From: an uncultured Gaiellaceae bacterium
GTDB lineage: Bacteria > Actinomycetota > Thermoleophilia > Gaiellales > Gaiellaceae
Length of the DNA: 64,000 bases
NCBI GenBank assembly: GCA_963737455.1
Contig: CAVTSN010000021.1
Coordinates: 32,304-96,303, forward strand
Direction of reading: 5' to 3'
Shown: positions 32,974 to 42,003 of the stretch, one piece after another
How positions within the stretch are numbered: the first letter of the stretch is position 1
Layout: every line of letters starts with the position of its first letter
The notes under the pieces: generated by a model
Seen by the model: the letters and a program-made list of their open reading frames with translations, nothing else
What the model was told of the DNA's origin: nothing
Database searches by the model: none
Translations under genes and position numbers: made by a program

Positions 32974-34161
32974 ATGGCCGTGACCGAGAAGAAGACGGCG
33001 CTCGACCCGCTCGACTTCCTCGCGATCGACGCCCTTCTCGACGAGGAGGAGCGGGCGATCCGCGACACCGTGCGCGGGTTCGTGCGCGAGCGCGTGCTGC
33101 CCGACGTCGGCGACTGGTTCGAGCAGGGGATCCTGCCGCGCGAGCTGATGGGCGAGCTCGGCAAGCTCGGCCTCTTCGGCATGCACCTCGACGGCTACGG
33201 CCTACCCGGCGCCAGCGCCGTCGCCTACGGGCTCACGTGCCTCGAGCTCGAGGCCGGCGACTCGGGCGTGCGCAGCGCCGTCTCGGTCCAGGGGTCGCTC
33301 GCGATGTTCTCGATCTGGAAGTGGGGCTCGGAGGAGCAGAAGCAACGCTGGCTGCCGCCGATGCACACGGGCGAGGCGATCGGCTGCTTCGGCCTGACCG
33401 AGCCGGACGCGGGCTCCGACCCCGGCTCGATGCGCACGGCCGCCCGCCGCGACGGCTCGGACTGGATCCTCAACGGCGCCAAGATGTGGATCACGAACGG
33501 GACGGTCGCCGACGTCGCCACCGTCTGGGCGCGCACCGAGGACGGCGCGATCAACGGCTTCCTGGTCGAGAAGGGGATGCCCGGCTTCACGGCTCCGGAG
33601 ATCCACAAGAAGCTCTCGCTGCGGGCCTCGGTCACGTCCGAGCTCGTCCTCCAGGACGTCCGCGTCCCGGAGGAGAACCGCTTCCCCGACGTCGACACCC
33701 TGCGCGGCCCGCTGTCCTGCCTGAACGAGGCGCGCTACGGGATCGTCTGGGGCGCAGTCGGCGCCGGCCGCGCGTGCTTCGAGGCCGCGCTCGACTACGC
33801 GAAGGAGCGGATCGTCTTCGACAAGCCGATCGCCGGCTACCAGCTGACGCAGCAGAAGCTGGCCGAAATGGCGCTCGAGCTCAACCGCGGCCTGCTCGTC
33901 GCGCTCCACATCGGCCGGATGAAGGACGACGGCACGCTCCGCCAGGAGCACGTCAGCCTCGGGAAGATGGGCAACGTCCGCGGCGCGATCGAGGTCGCCC
34001 GCCAGGCGCGCACGATCCTGGGCGCGAACGGCGTCACACTCGAGTATCCGGTGATCCGCCACGTCAACAACCTCGAGTCGGTCCTCACCTACGAGGGCAC
34101 CCACGAGGTGCACACGCTCGTCGTCGGCAACGCGCTGACCGGCGAGAACGCGTTCCGCTAG
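32974..34161 (+). CDS. gcdH: glutaryl-CoA dehydrogenase-type acyl-CoA dehydrogenase
   Basis: ATG at 32974. DPLDFLAIDALLDEEERAIRDTVRGFV, GLTEPDAGSDPGSM, WITNG and the C-terminal LTYEGTHEVHTLVVGNALTG characteristic of the GcdH subgroup. Confidence 0.9.
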   Translation: MAVTEKKTALDPLDFLAIDALLDEEERAIRDTVRGFVRERVLPDVGDWFEQGILPRELMGELGKLGLFGMHLDGYGLPGASAVAYGLTCLELEAGDSGVRSAVSVQGSLAMFSIWKWGSEEQKQRWLPPMHTGEAIGCFGLTEPDAGSDPGSMRTAARRDGSDWILNGAKMWITNGTVADVATVWARTEDGAINGFLVEKGMPGFTAPEIHKKLSLRASVTSELVLQDVRVPEENRFPDVDTLRGPLSCLNEARYGIVWGAVGAGRACFEAALDYAKERIVFDKPIAGYQLTQQKLAEMALELNRGLLVALHIGRMKDDGTLRQEHVSLGKMGNVRGAIEVARQARTILGANGVTLEYPVIRHVNNLESVLTYEGTHEVHTLVVGNALTGENAFR

Positions 34162-34288
34162 AGCCTCGACGCGTTCCGGGGACGGCCCGAACGCGGGATC
34201 GGGGATAGCCGGACAGGACCCTGCTGCCGACACTCGCTGCGTACGCCCTCGCGCTGCCGCCGCCGCAGGGGCAGCGCGTATCCCCTGT

Positions 34289-34316
34289 GACGACCCCGTC
34301 CGCAAGCGGGGTCGTC
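34289..34316 (+). terminator. hairpin terminator downstream of gcdH
   Basis: GACGACCCCG-tccgcaag-CGGGGTCGTC followed by GCGTTTCT. Located 128 nt after the stop. Confidence 0.6.
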
Positions 34317-34390
34317 GCGTTTCTAGGGCTCTCCTTCGCTGTCGCTCAGTCGCGCGGCGGAAACCCGGGTTCCCCCGCGCCCCTCCTGGC

Positions 34391-34408
34391 CGCGTGACGG
34401 GTCACGCG
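34391..34408. promoter_or_regulatory. near-perfect 18-bp palindrome CGCGTGAC-GG-GTCACGCG
   Basis: 8+8 bp inverted repeat, 15 nt upstream of the GTG at 34423. It could be an operator or a 5'-UTR hairpin. Confidence 0.4.
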
Positions 34409-34422
34409 CCTATTCTCCCACC

Positions 34423-34911
34423 GTGCGCCTCGCAGCAGCAATCGCACTCGCGCTCGCGCTCGCCCTGCCGGCGGCGGCGGCGCCACCCGGAGCGGGCGTC
34501 CTCGTGCCGGGACGCAGCCTCGGCGGGCTCGAGCTGGGGGCGACGAAGGCGGAGGTCGAGCGGCGCTGGGGACGTGCCTACGGCGTCTGCCGCAACTGCG
34601 TGCGCGAGACCTGGTATTTCAACTACTTCGCGTTCCAGCCGCGCGGGGCCGGCGTCGAGTGGCGGGACGGGCGGGCGGTCGCCCTGTTCACGATCTTCCA
34701 GCCGCTCGGGTGGCGGACGCCGAAGGGGCTGAAGCTGAACGACCCGACCGCACGGATCACGGGCATGTACGGGCCGTTGAGCGCGCTCGGCTGCGGCAGC
34801 TACTCCGTGCTGACGCTGAACGCACCGAGCACGACGACCGCGTTCTACGTCCTAGGTGATCGGCTCTGGGCTTTCGGGCTGTCCCGCCCCGGCATTGCGC
34901 TCTGCCGCTGA
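34423..34911 (+). CDS. secreted hypothetical protein
   Basis: Signal peptide MRLAAAIALALALALPAAAAPP. Four Cys. GC3-rich. No family recognised. Confidence 0.7.
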   Translation: MRLAAAIALALALALPAAAAPPGAGVLVPGRSLGGLELGATKAEVERRWGRAYGVCRNCVRETWYFNYFAFQPRGAGVEWRDGRAVALFTIFQPLGWRTPKGLKLNDPTARITGMYGPLSALGCGSYSVLTLNAPSTTTAFYVLGDRLWAFGLSRPGIALCR

Positions 34912-36171
34912 GAGGCGCCAGACGAGCGGGATCGCGAGCAGCACCGGGATGCCGAGGATCGGCCAGAGCGCCTGGTAGCCGGCCGTGTCCTCGAGCGAGC
35001 CGGAGAGGAGGTCGATTGCGGCGCCGGCGAGCAACGGGCCCGTGAGCAGGCCGATCCCCTTCGTCGTCGTCGCGAGCCCGGAGATCGCGCCGCGGTCGGC
35101 CGGCGGCATCAGCTTGAAGAGGAGGCCCCAGGCGAGCGTCATCACCGTCCCGCCCGCGATCGCGACGAGGAAGATGACCGGCAGGTACCACTGCTGCCAT
35201 GTGTTGCCGAAGCCGCCGAGTAGGAGGCCAAGGCCGTAGACGGTCGACGCAGCCGCGATCACGCGGCTGAGACCGAACCGGTCGCCGAGGACGCCCGAGC
35301 CGGCCGCGGCGACGATGTACCCCGCGGCGACAGCCGCCAGCACGGCCGTCGTCGTCCCGAGCGGCTGGCCCAGGCCGACGGTCAGGTAGAGGACGACGAA
35401 CGTCCGCGCGCCGGCGAACGCCCCCTCCCACGCCGTGTTCGCGATCAGGAACCGCCGCACCTCGGGATCGCGGCGGAAGACCTTCCAGCTGTGCTGGAGA
35501 TAGGCGCGGACGCCCTCGAAGACCCGGCCGTGCCCGCCGTCCTCGCGCACGAACAGCACCGGCGCCGCGCAGGCGGCGACGACGACCAGTGCCGCGACGA
35601 GGAACGGGAAGGGCTCCCAGACGTGGAAGAGCGCGCCGCCGCCGATCAGCGCCGTTCCGAGCGCGAGCCCGCGCATCAGGTGCTGCGCGCTCTGGGCGCG
35701 GCCGAAGATCCGCTCCGGCAGCAGGTCGGGGTAGAGCCCGCGGTAGGGCGGCTCGTAGACGTAGTAGGCGAAGAAGAACGCGAAGACGAGCAGCGCGGTC
35801 GTCCAGAGGCTCGGCATGAACGCCATCAACGCGAGGCAGAAGCCGATCGGCCCGAGCGCGACGATCATGAACGGCCGGCGGCGCCCGAGCGGCGTATGGA
35901 AGGTGTCGCTCCAGGGGCCGATGACGAGCGGCAGCGTGATCGCGAAGAGCCCCTCCGCCGCGAGCACGAGCGCGATCAGCGTCGCCGAGGTCGTGAACTG
36001 GCCGAGCAGAGGCGGCAGGTACGCCGCCGTCGTCGTCAGCGAGAAGGCGAGCCCGAAGGCGCCGAGGCCGAGCGTCCAGACGACGCGGCCGTAGCCGGGC
36101 TCAGACCGGAGCTGTCGCGCCGTCCCGGCTGAGCCCGCCGCGGAGGAGGGCGATGACCGTTCGCTCGGCAC
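34852..36171 (-). CDS. MFS transporter
   Basis: About 12 hydrophobic helices. Loop motif DTFHTPLGRRRPFM (MFS/GPH-like). The annotated start overlaps the tetR 3' end by 71 nt, so the start is uncertain. Confidence 0.85.
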   Translation of the reverse strand: MPSERSSPSSAAGSAGTARQLRSEPGYGRVVWTLGLGAFGLAFSLTTTAAYLPPLLGQFTTSATLIALVLAAEGLFAITLPLVIGPWSDTFHTPLGRRRPFMIVALGPIGFCLALMAFMPSLWTTALLVFAFFFAYYVYEPPYRGLYPDLLPERIFGRAQSAQHLMRGLALGTALIGGGALFHVWEPFPFLVAALVVVAACAAPVLFVREDGGHGRVFEGVRAYLQHSWKVFRRDPEVRRFLIANTAWEGAFAGARTFVVLYLTVGLGQPLGTTTAVLAAVAAGYIVAAAGSGVLGDRFGLSRVIAAASTVYGLGLLLGGFGNTWQQWYLPVIFLVAIAGGTVMTLAWGLLFKLMPPADRGAISGLATTTKGIGLLTGPLLAGAAIDLLSGSLEDTAGYQALWPILGIPVLLAIPLVWRLSAAERNAGAGQPESPEPIT

Positions 36172-36731
36172 GCGCCACCTCCTCGTCGCCGTCCGGCAGC
36201 TGCCCGAGCACCCAGCCGGTCAGGATCTCCTCGAGCCCGCCGTAGAAGATCCAGCTCGCGAGCCGCGGATCGACGTCGTCGCGGAAGGAGCCGTCGGCCT
36301 GGCCACGCTCGATCACGCGCTGGATCGCCAGGAAGCCGGCGCCGATCTCGTCGACCTGGCCCTGCAACTGCGGGCTGCGCGCGACCTCGCGCACCATCAC
36401 GCGGACGAGGTCCGGCTGGTCGCGCCACGCGCGCAGCAGCGTCTTCGCGATCGCGCTCAGCTGCGCCAGCGGCGGCTCGTCCGACGCCTCGATCCGCGCG
36501 AACGCCTCGAGCAGCTGGCTCCAGTTCTCACGGAAGACCGTCTCCAGGACCTCCTCCTTGGAGGAGAAGTAGTGATAGAGGAGACCGTGCGCGATCCCCG
36601 CCTCCTCGGCGATGTCGCCGACGCGCGAGGTGTGGTAGCCCTTCGCCGCGAAGACGCGGACGGCCGCATCGAGAATGACGCCGGCGCTTCTCGGCTCCAG
36701 CCGTGGTTGCGGTGGTTGAACGGTCAGTCAA
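36101..36731 (-). pseudogene. TetR-family transcriptional regulator, probable 1-nt frameshift near the N-terminus
   Basis: The HTH and ligand domain are in one frame (ILDAAVRVFAAKGYHTSRVGDIAEEAGIAHGLLYHYFSSKEEVL..VMVREVARSPQL..). That frame has no ATG/GTG/TTG upstream of the HTH. A TTG at 36731 opens (M)TDRSTTATTAGAEKRRR in the adjacent frame and joins cleanly if one base near 36678 is removed. Confidence 0.8.
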
Positions 36732-36756
36732 CGCGTACTGACTGTAGTACGTTCAG
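36717..36756. promoter_or_regulatory. nested inverted repeats in the tetR / CoA-transferase divergent region (putative TetR operator)
   Basis: TGAACG GTCAGT caACGCGT ACTGAC tgtagta CGTTCA. The arms GTCAGT/ACTGAC and TGAACG/CGTTCA are inverted repeats. The site overlaps the tetR TTG start and ends 6 nt before the GTG at 36762. Confidence 0.55.
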
Positions 36757-36761
36757 CGGCG

Positions 36762-37727
36762 GTGAAGCCGCTCGCCGGACATCTCGTCGTCGACCTGACT
36801 CGGTACCTCCCGGGCGCGTTCGCGTCGCGGGAGCTGCAGCGGCTGGGCGCACGCGTCGTCCGGATCGAGCCGCCGGAGGGCGATCCGATGCGCGACGTCG
36901 CGCCGGCGTGGGACGACGCCCTGAACGCTGGCAAGGAGTCGGTCGCGTGCGACCTGAAGGCTGAGCCGGAGCTCGCCAGAGCGCTGCTCGCGAGGGCGGA
37001 CGTCGTGCTCGAGGGCTTCAGGCCCGGGGTCGCCGCGCGCCTCGGGGTCGGGCCCGACGACGCGCCCGACTCGACCGTCTACTGCTCGATCACGGGCTTC
37101 GGCACCGAAGGCCGGCACGCCGCCCGGGCCGGCCACGATCTCAACTACCTCGGCTGGGCGGGCGTCCTCGAGGACACCGCTCCGGGCCTGCCGCCCGTGC
37201 AGCCGGCCGACCTCGCGGCAGGAGCGCTCGGTGCCGTCACGGAGATCCTGGCGGCGCTGCTCGAGCGGGGGCGCACCGGGCTCGGCGCGCGGCTGACGAT
37301 CTCGATGACGCACGGCTCCCACCGCCTCGTCTCGCACCGTCTCGGCGGCGACCCGCTGCCGCGCCTCCTCACCGGGGGCCTCGCGTGCTACCGGATCTAC
37401 GAGACGGCCGACCGCCGGCAGTTGACGGTCGGCGCGCTCGAGCCCAAGTTCTTCCGGCGGATCTGCGAGCTGATCGGCCGGCCGGAGCTGGCGGAGCGCC
37501 AGCTCGTCGCCGACGGGCAGGAAGAGCTCGCGGCCGAGCTGGCGGACGTCTTCGCGCAGCGTCCGCTCGCCGCCTGGCTCGAGCTCTTCGACGGCGAGGA
37601 CGTCTGCGTCGGCCCCGTCGCGACACTCGCCGAGGCCTCCGAGGAGTTCGGCGACGGAACCGTGATGCCGTCCGCCCGGGTCGGGCAGCATACGGCGGCA
37701 TGGCGGGCCGAGCTCGACTCCTCCTGA
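36762..37727 (+). CDS. family III CoA-transferase (CaiB/BaiF)
   Basis: LAGHLVVDLTRYLPGAFASRELQRLGARVVRIEPPEGDPMR..GHDLNYL, typical of family III. Confidence 0.88.
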   Translation: MKPLAGHLVVDLTRYLPGAFASRELQRLGARVVRIEPPEGDPMRDVAPAWDDALNAGKESVACDLKAEPELARALLARADVVLEGFRPGVAARLGVGPDDAPDSTVYCSITGFGTEGRHAARAGHDLNYLGWAGVLEDTAPGLPPVQPADLAAGALGAVTEILAALLERGRTGLGARLTISMTHGSHRLVSHRLGGDPLPRLLTGGLACYRIYETADRRQLTVGALEPKFFRRICELIGRPELAERQLVADGQEELAAELADVFAQRPLAAWLELFDGEDVCVGPVATLAEASEEFGDGTVMPSARVGQHTAAWRAELDSS

Positions 37728-38935
37728 CCGCGGTCGCGCTGGCGCCGCTGCCGCTGCTCGCAGCGGTCGCCTGGAACACCGAGGCCGAGGCTGCGCGCGG
37801 ACTCTCGCGCGCCGTGGTCAGCGTGCGGGACGGCGACCTCTACGTCGACGAGCGGCAGGTGACGAGCGGCGGCGGCGACAGCGATCCCGACTGGTCGCCC
37901 GACCGCCGCCGGATCGTGTTCGTCCGCCAGGACCCGGGCAAGCGATCCTCGAGCCTCTACGTGATCCGGCGCGACGGCGGCGGCCTGCAGCAGCTGACCC
38001 GGGGTGCGCAGGTGGTCGCGATGCCGGCGTGGCGCGGCGACGGGCGCCTGCTGGCCTACGCGGCGAGCCCGCTCGCGGGCGGCAGCTTCGACGTCTGGAC
38101 GGTCGCGCCCGACGGCGGGCCGCCGCGGCAAGCCCTGACCGGCCCGGCGGAGCAGATCGCGCCGGCCTTCACGCGGGCGGGCAGGGTGACGGCCCGGACG
38201 CTCGTTCCGGGAGAGCAGTTCCCGACGAAGACGAGGGACGACGGCACGCCGCAGGTCGGCCCGCGCGAGCTGCTGCCCGACCTCGACCAGCGAGCGCCGT
38301 TCCGGCTGACGATCGCCGGCACGAAGCTCGGCTTCGCCTCGGCGACCGACAACGTCGGCGAGGGCCCGGTCTGGGTTCGCGGCAGCCGGCCGTCCGCGAC
38401 CGGCCCGATGCGCGCGACCCAGCTCGTGCGGATGTCCGACCGCTCGGTGCGCGCGTATCCCGACGCGGGACGGCTGCGCTACACGCCGTCGCCGTCGCAC
38501 ACGCACTGGCACCTGCTCGGCTTCCAGCGCTACGAGCTGCGGACGCTCGACGGCGCTCTCGTCGTGCGCGACCGCAAGAGCGGCTTCTGCCTCGCCGATC
38601 ACTACGGGCTGGCCGCGCGCCGCGTCACGGCGTTCACGGGCGGCAGCTTCTACGGCAACTGCGCCGAGTCGAACCCGCGTGCGCTCGCCGTCGAGCAGGG
38701 CACCTCGATCGGCTTCACCGATCTCTACCCCGCCCACTTCCACGGCCAGAACCTCGAGCTTCGCGGCGTCCCGGCAGGCGTCTACCTCCTCGTCCATCGC
38801 GCCAACCCGGAGCAGCTGCTCGAGGAGATCGACTACACGAACAACGACGCGTCGCTGCGGATCCGGCTCAGCTGGGCCGGCGGCTCGCCGCACGTCGAGA
38901 CGCTTCGCACCTGCCAGGCCTCGGCCGACTGCTAG
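37700..38935 (+). CDS. secreted TolB-like beta-propeller / lysyl oxidase (LOX) catalytic-domain fusion protein
   Basis: Signal peptide MAGRARLLLTAVALAPLPLLAAVA. PD40-type repeats (DPDWSPDRRRIVFV..LYVIRRDGGG..MPAWRGDGRLLAYA..DVWTVAPDG). The C-terminal domain has SHTHWHLLGFQRYEL, RKSGFCLAD, FTDLYPAHFHGQNLEL and GVYLLVHRANP..EIDYTNNDASLRI. These parallel human LOX HQHYH, HKASFCLED, YDTYGADIDCQWIDI and GNYILKVSVNP..ESDYTNNVVRCDI as I recall them. Confidence 0.85.
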   Translation: MAGRARLLLTAVALAPLPLLAAVAWNTEAEAARGLSRAVVSVRDGDLYVDERQVTSGGGDSDPDWSPDRRRIVFVRQDPGKRSSSLYVIRRDGGGLQQLTRGAQVVAMPAWRGDGRLLAYAASPLAGGSFDVWTVAPDGGPPRQALTGPAEQIAPAFTRAGRVTARTLVPGEQFPTKTRDDGTPQVGPRELLPDLDQRAPFRLTIAGTKLGFASATDNVGEGPVWVRGSRPSATGPMRATQLVRMSDRSVRAYPDAGRLRYTPSPSHTHWHLLGFQRYELRTLDGALVVRDRKSGFCLADHYGLAARRVTAFTGGSFYGNCAESNPRALAVEQGTSIGFTDLYPAHFHGQNLELRGVPAGVYLLVHRANPEQLLEEIDYTNNDASLRIRLSWAGGSPHVETLRTCQASADC

Positions 38936-39612
38936 CGCGCGGCCAGGCCGAGCGCCGCCGGGAGCGCGAGCAGGTCGGGCAGACGGTCGGGCTCGTCCGG
39001 CCGGCGGCCGTCGCGGTCGAGGAGGAACGCCTTCATCCCGAGCGCCCGCGCCCCTTCGATGTCGTCCTCGTACGAGTCGCCGATCATCGCGGTCTCCTCC
39101 GGCTCGACGCCGAGCAGCGCGAGCGCGTGCCGGAAGATCTCGGGATGCGGCTTTGTCCGGCCGAACGCGCGGGAGCCGATCGCGCAGTCCGCGTCGAGCC
39201 CGTGATGCGAGACGAACTCGTCCAGATCGCGGCTGCCGTTCGAGATCAGCCCGATCTTGACGCCGTGCTCGCGCAGCGCCGCGAGCGCCGGGAGCGCGTC
39301 CTCGTAGAGGGTGAAGCGCTCGTGCTGCTCCCACGCCCGCACGAGCTCAGCGGCGCACGAGCGCGCTCCCTCGCCCTCGCCACCCATGCCGCGGACGATC
39401 TCCTCGGTGAACGCAATCCAGAGCTCGTCGTCGTGGGTGTGATCGGGATGGCGCTGCAGCGAGTCGAGCGCGTCGAGCCGAGCCTGTTCATACAGATCCG
39501 GGTCGAGGACGAGCCCGTGCCGCTCGCCGACCTTGCGGTATCCCTCCGGGCCGAGCTCGGGACCGGGCCGGGCGAGCGTGAAGTCGACGTCGAAGATGAC
39601 GGCCTTGAGCAC
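38932..39612 (-). CDS. HAD-superfamily hydrolase
   Basis: VIFDVDFTL (DxDxT), ISNGS, KPHPEIF, GDSYEDDIEGA. Confidence 0.88.
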   Translation of the reverse strand: MLKAVIFDVDFTLARPGPELGPEGYRKVGERHGLVLDPDLYEQARLDALDSLQRHPDHTHDDELWIAFTEEIVRGMGGEGEGARSCAAELVRAWEQHERFTLYEDALPALAALREHGVKIGLISNGSRDLDEFVSHHGLDADCAIGSRAFGRTKPHPEIFRHALALLGVEPEETAMIGDSYEDDIEGARALGMKAFLLDRDGRRPDEPDRLPDLLALPAALGLAAR

Positions 39613-39635
39613 AGCGCCGAGGATAGCCTTGGCTC

Positions 39636-40046
39636 ATGCGTGCCCCGGTGGAGATTCTCAGTGAGGCGAAGACGATCGCCCTCGTCGGAGCCTCGCCGAA
39701 GCCGGACCGTCCCAGCCACGGCGTCATGCGCTACCTGCTCGCGCAGGGCTACGACGTGATCCCGGTGCGGCCGGCCGACTGCGACGAGGTGCTGGGCGTG
39801 CCCTGCGTGCGCACGCTCGCGGAGATCGACCGTCCGATCGACCTCGTCGACGTCTTCCGCCGTGCGGAGCTGACGCCGCCGCACGCCGAGGAGGCGGTCG
39901 CGGTCGGCGCGGGCGCTCTCTGGCTGCAGCTCGGGATCGTCTCGGCCGAGTCGCGCCGGATCGCGGAGTCGGCCGGGCTCGACTACGTCGAGGATCTCTG
40001 CACCGCCGTCGTGCACCGGTACGAGATTCGAGACGGGCAGGGCTAG
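39636..40046 (+). CDS. CoA-binding domain protein (YccU-like)
   Basis: AKTIALVGASPKPDRPSHGVMRYLLAQGYDVIPV..DLVDVFR..GAGALWLQLG. Confidence 0.88.
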   Translation: MRAPVEILSEAKTIALVGASPKPDRPSHGVMRYLLAQGYDVIPVRPADCDEVLGVPCVRTLAEIDRPIDLVDVFRRAELTPPHAEEAVAVGAGALWLQLGIVSAESRRIAESAGLDYVEDLCTAVVHRYEIRDGQG

Positions 40047-41009
40047 AGCCGCTCGACGACGCCCGCCGGCAACGGGTCCGCCGCCTCGGTGTACCACTGG
40101 GGCTGCGACTCGGCTGCCCACGCGTCGAAGATCGTCCTCAGCTGCGCCACGCGGTCCGGGTCCGCCGCGGCGGCTTCGTCAGGCCCCGCGAAGCTGCCCA
40201 ACCAGTAGGGCAGAAACGGGGCCAGCGCCGCGTTCATCGCGGCCGCGAGCGGCTCCCGCGAGTCGCGCCAGCTCTCGAGCTCGACCGCGAACTCGACGTC
40301 GCCGGTGCGCGTCCAGCCCGCGCCTGTCATCGCCTCGACGACATCGCCGCCGTTCGGCATGCTCGCCTCGAAGGTGACGCCGGCCGGAGCCGTGACCGAC
40401 GGCGCCGCGGCGCGCTGCCGTGCGCACTCCTCTGCGAACGAGCGGATCGCGTCGAGACCGTCGTGCAGGTCACGGGAAGACGGGACTCATCGCCGCCCGC
40501 CCGGCGGACGTCTGGACGACCAGGTACGGCGTCCCTTCGAGCGACCCGAGCGTCGCCCGGTGGAGGTCGTTGCCGATGATCCCGAGCAGCGGGACCTCGG
40601 CGGCCCACGCCCTGCAGTGGCTCTCGGAGATCAGCTCGCCCGCGACGCGCAGCCGGAGCCCCGGCATGTACGTGTGGGACAGGAAGCCTTCGACACCGCC
40701 GCGCGCGTGATAGCCGACCTGGAACATCGCGTCGACGCCGTGCCCGAGGAGGTCGTAGACGTGCCACGGCTCGAGGCGCGCGCCCGCCGGCAGGGAGTCC
40801 GCCGAGACGTTGACCGTGTTCCCGCCGTGGTTGTCGAGGACCACGATCTCCGACGCGCCGCCCGCGAGCAGCCCTTCGCACGCAGCCGCCACGTCGGCTT
40901 CGAGCCGTGGCTTCCCTGTCTCCCAGTACTCCGGCATGCAGCCGAAGGTCTCGCAGACGCTGCGGAGCTGCGACGCCCCCTCCATGTCGACGCTGAGCGC
41001 GACCAGCAT
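40043..41009 (-). pseudogene. M55 family D-aminopeptidase (DppA-like), single frameshift
   Basis: The N-terminal 179 aa (ALSVDMEGAS..VLDNHGG..VGYHARGGVEGFLSHT..GELISES..IIGND) match the DppA pattern and end at a TGA at 40470. The downstream frame continues without a gap as RDLHDGLDAIRSFAEECARQ..FEASMPNGGDVVEAM.. to 40043. The junction is near 40475. Confidence 0.75.
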
Positions 41010-41030
41010 CCGCGCATCCTAGAATGTGTT

Positions 41031-41537
41031 GTGGCCTACGGACTCCTGATGTTGCGAATCGTCGTCGGCGTCATCTTCGTCGGCCACGGCGCGCAGAAGC
41101 TGTTCGGCTCCTTCGGCGGCGGCGGGACCGAGGGAACCACCCAGTTCTTCGCCACAGTCGGCTACCGCAGGCCCGCGCTGATGGCGGTGGTCGCGGGACT
41201 GGCCGAGTTCGTCGGCGGCCTGCTGCTCATCGCCGGCCTGCTCACCCCGCTCGCTTCTCTGCTGATCGCGACGGTGATGCTCAACGCGATCGTCACCGTC
41301 GTCCTTCCGAAGGGATTCCTCGGCGGCTGGGAGTTCGAGTTCATGCTGCTCACGGTCGTCATCGCGCTCGCGGCGACCGGGCCGGGACGGTTCTCACTCG
41401 ACCATGCACTCGACTGGTCGGACAACATCAGCGGCATCGCCTGGGCCTCGGCCGCGCTCGGGACCGCGATCGTCATCTCGATCGTGACGACGACGCTCGG
41501 CCGCGGCGGCGCGGAGCTCGACGAGATCCCCGGCTAG
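41031..41537 (+). CDS. DoxX-family membrane protein
   Basis: LLMLRIVVGVIFVGHGAQKLFG..GYRRPALMAVVAGLAEFVGGLLLIAGLLTP. The start is GTG 41031 or ATG 41049. Confidence 0.88.
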   Translation: MAYGLLMLRIVVGVIFVGHGAQKLFGSFGGGGTEGTTQFFATVGYRRPALMAVVAGLAEFVGGLLLIAGLLTPLASLLIATVMLNAIVTVVLPKGFLGGWEFEFMLLTVVIALAATGPGRFSLDHALDWSDNISGIAWASAALGTAIVISIVTTTLGRGGAELDEIPG

Positions 41538-41591
41538 GGGTCGCATCGAGCCGGCCGGGCGATCCGCTATCGGGTCGAGTCCATTGCCGTC

Positions 41592-41939
41592 CTAGACGTC
41601 CAGCAGCGACGCCTCGTACCACACGTCTTCGTGGTCGGGAGCCCGGAGAAACCGCCACCCGGGCGGTAGCGCGAGGTACGGCAGAACGATGGGAAGGTCC
41701 TTGTCCAGATGCCTGGCATGGAGCGGCCGGAAGAAGTCATCCGCATCCGACCATTCGCCAGACCAGAGGTACCAGCCCGTTGTGTTCGCAGCGGGCGGGT
41801 GCCGCAACCCATGCACGGGGATCGCCGGGTCGATGGGGAGGTGACCCACACCGACCATGAGCTCGGGATCGGCTTCGACTGGATCAACGCCGAACCGCTC
41901 GCACACGCGCCGTTGCTCCTCGGTGATCACGGCCGCCAT
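41592..41939 (-). CDS. hypothetical protein (possibly DUF2185/Imm33-like; weak recollection)
   Basis: 115 aa, GC3-rich. TTGWYLWSGEWSDADDFFRPLHARHL..LALPPGWRFL is reminiscent of small immunity-type domains. Not verifiable here. Confidence 0.6.
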   Translation of the reverse strand: MAAVITEEQRRVCERFGVDPVEADPELMVGVGHLPIDPAIPVHGLRHPPAANTTGWYLWSGEWSDADDFFRPLHARHLDKDLPIVLPYLALPPGWRFLRAPDHEDVWYEASLLDV

Positions 41940-42003
41940 TCTGGCAGCCCCTCCGGGACAATCCCGAAGGCTGGCCCAAGCGCCTGTTGTACGCTGACTC
42001 GAG

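Noticed and set aside
40043-40360. Independent 105-aa hypothetical gene as listed in the ORF track.
   Set aside because: Its frame is open upstream to the stop of the truncated M55 peptidase ORF and continues that protein sensibly. I therefore merged the two as one frameshifted DppA-like gene.
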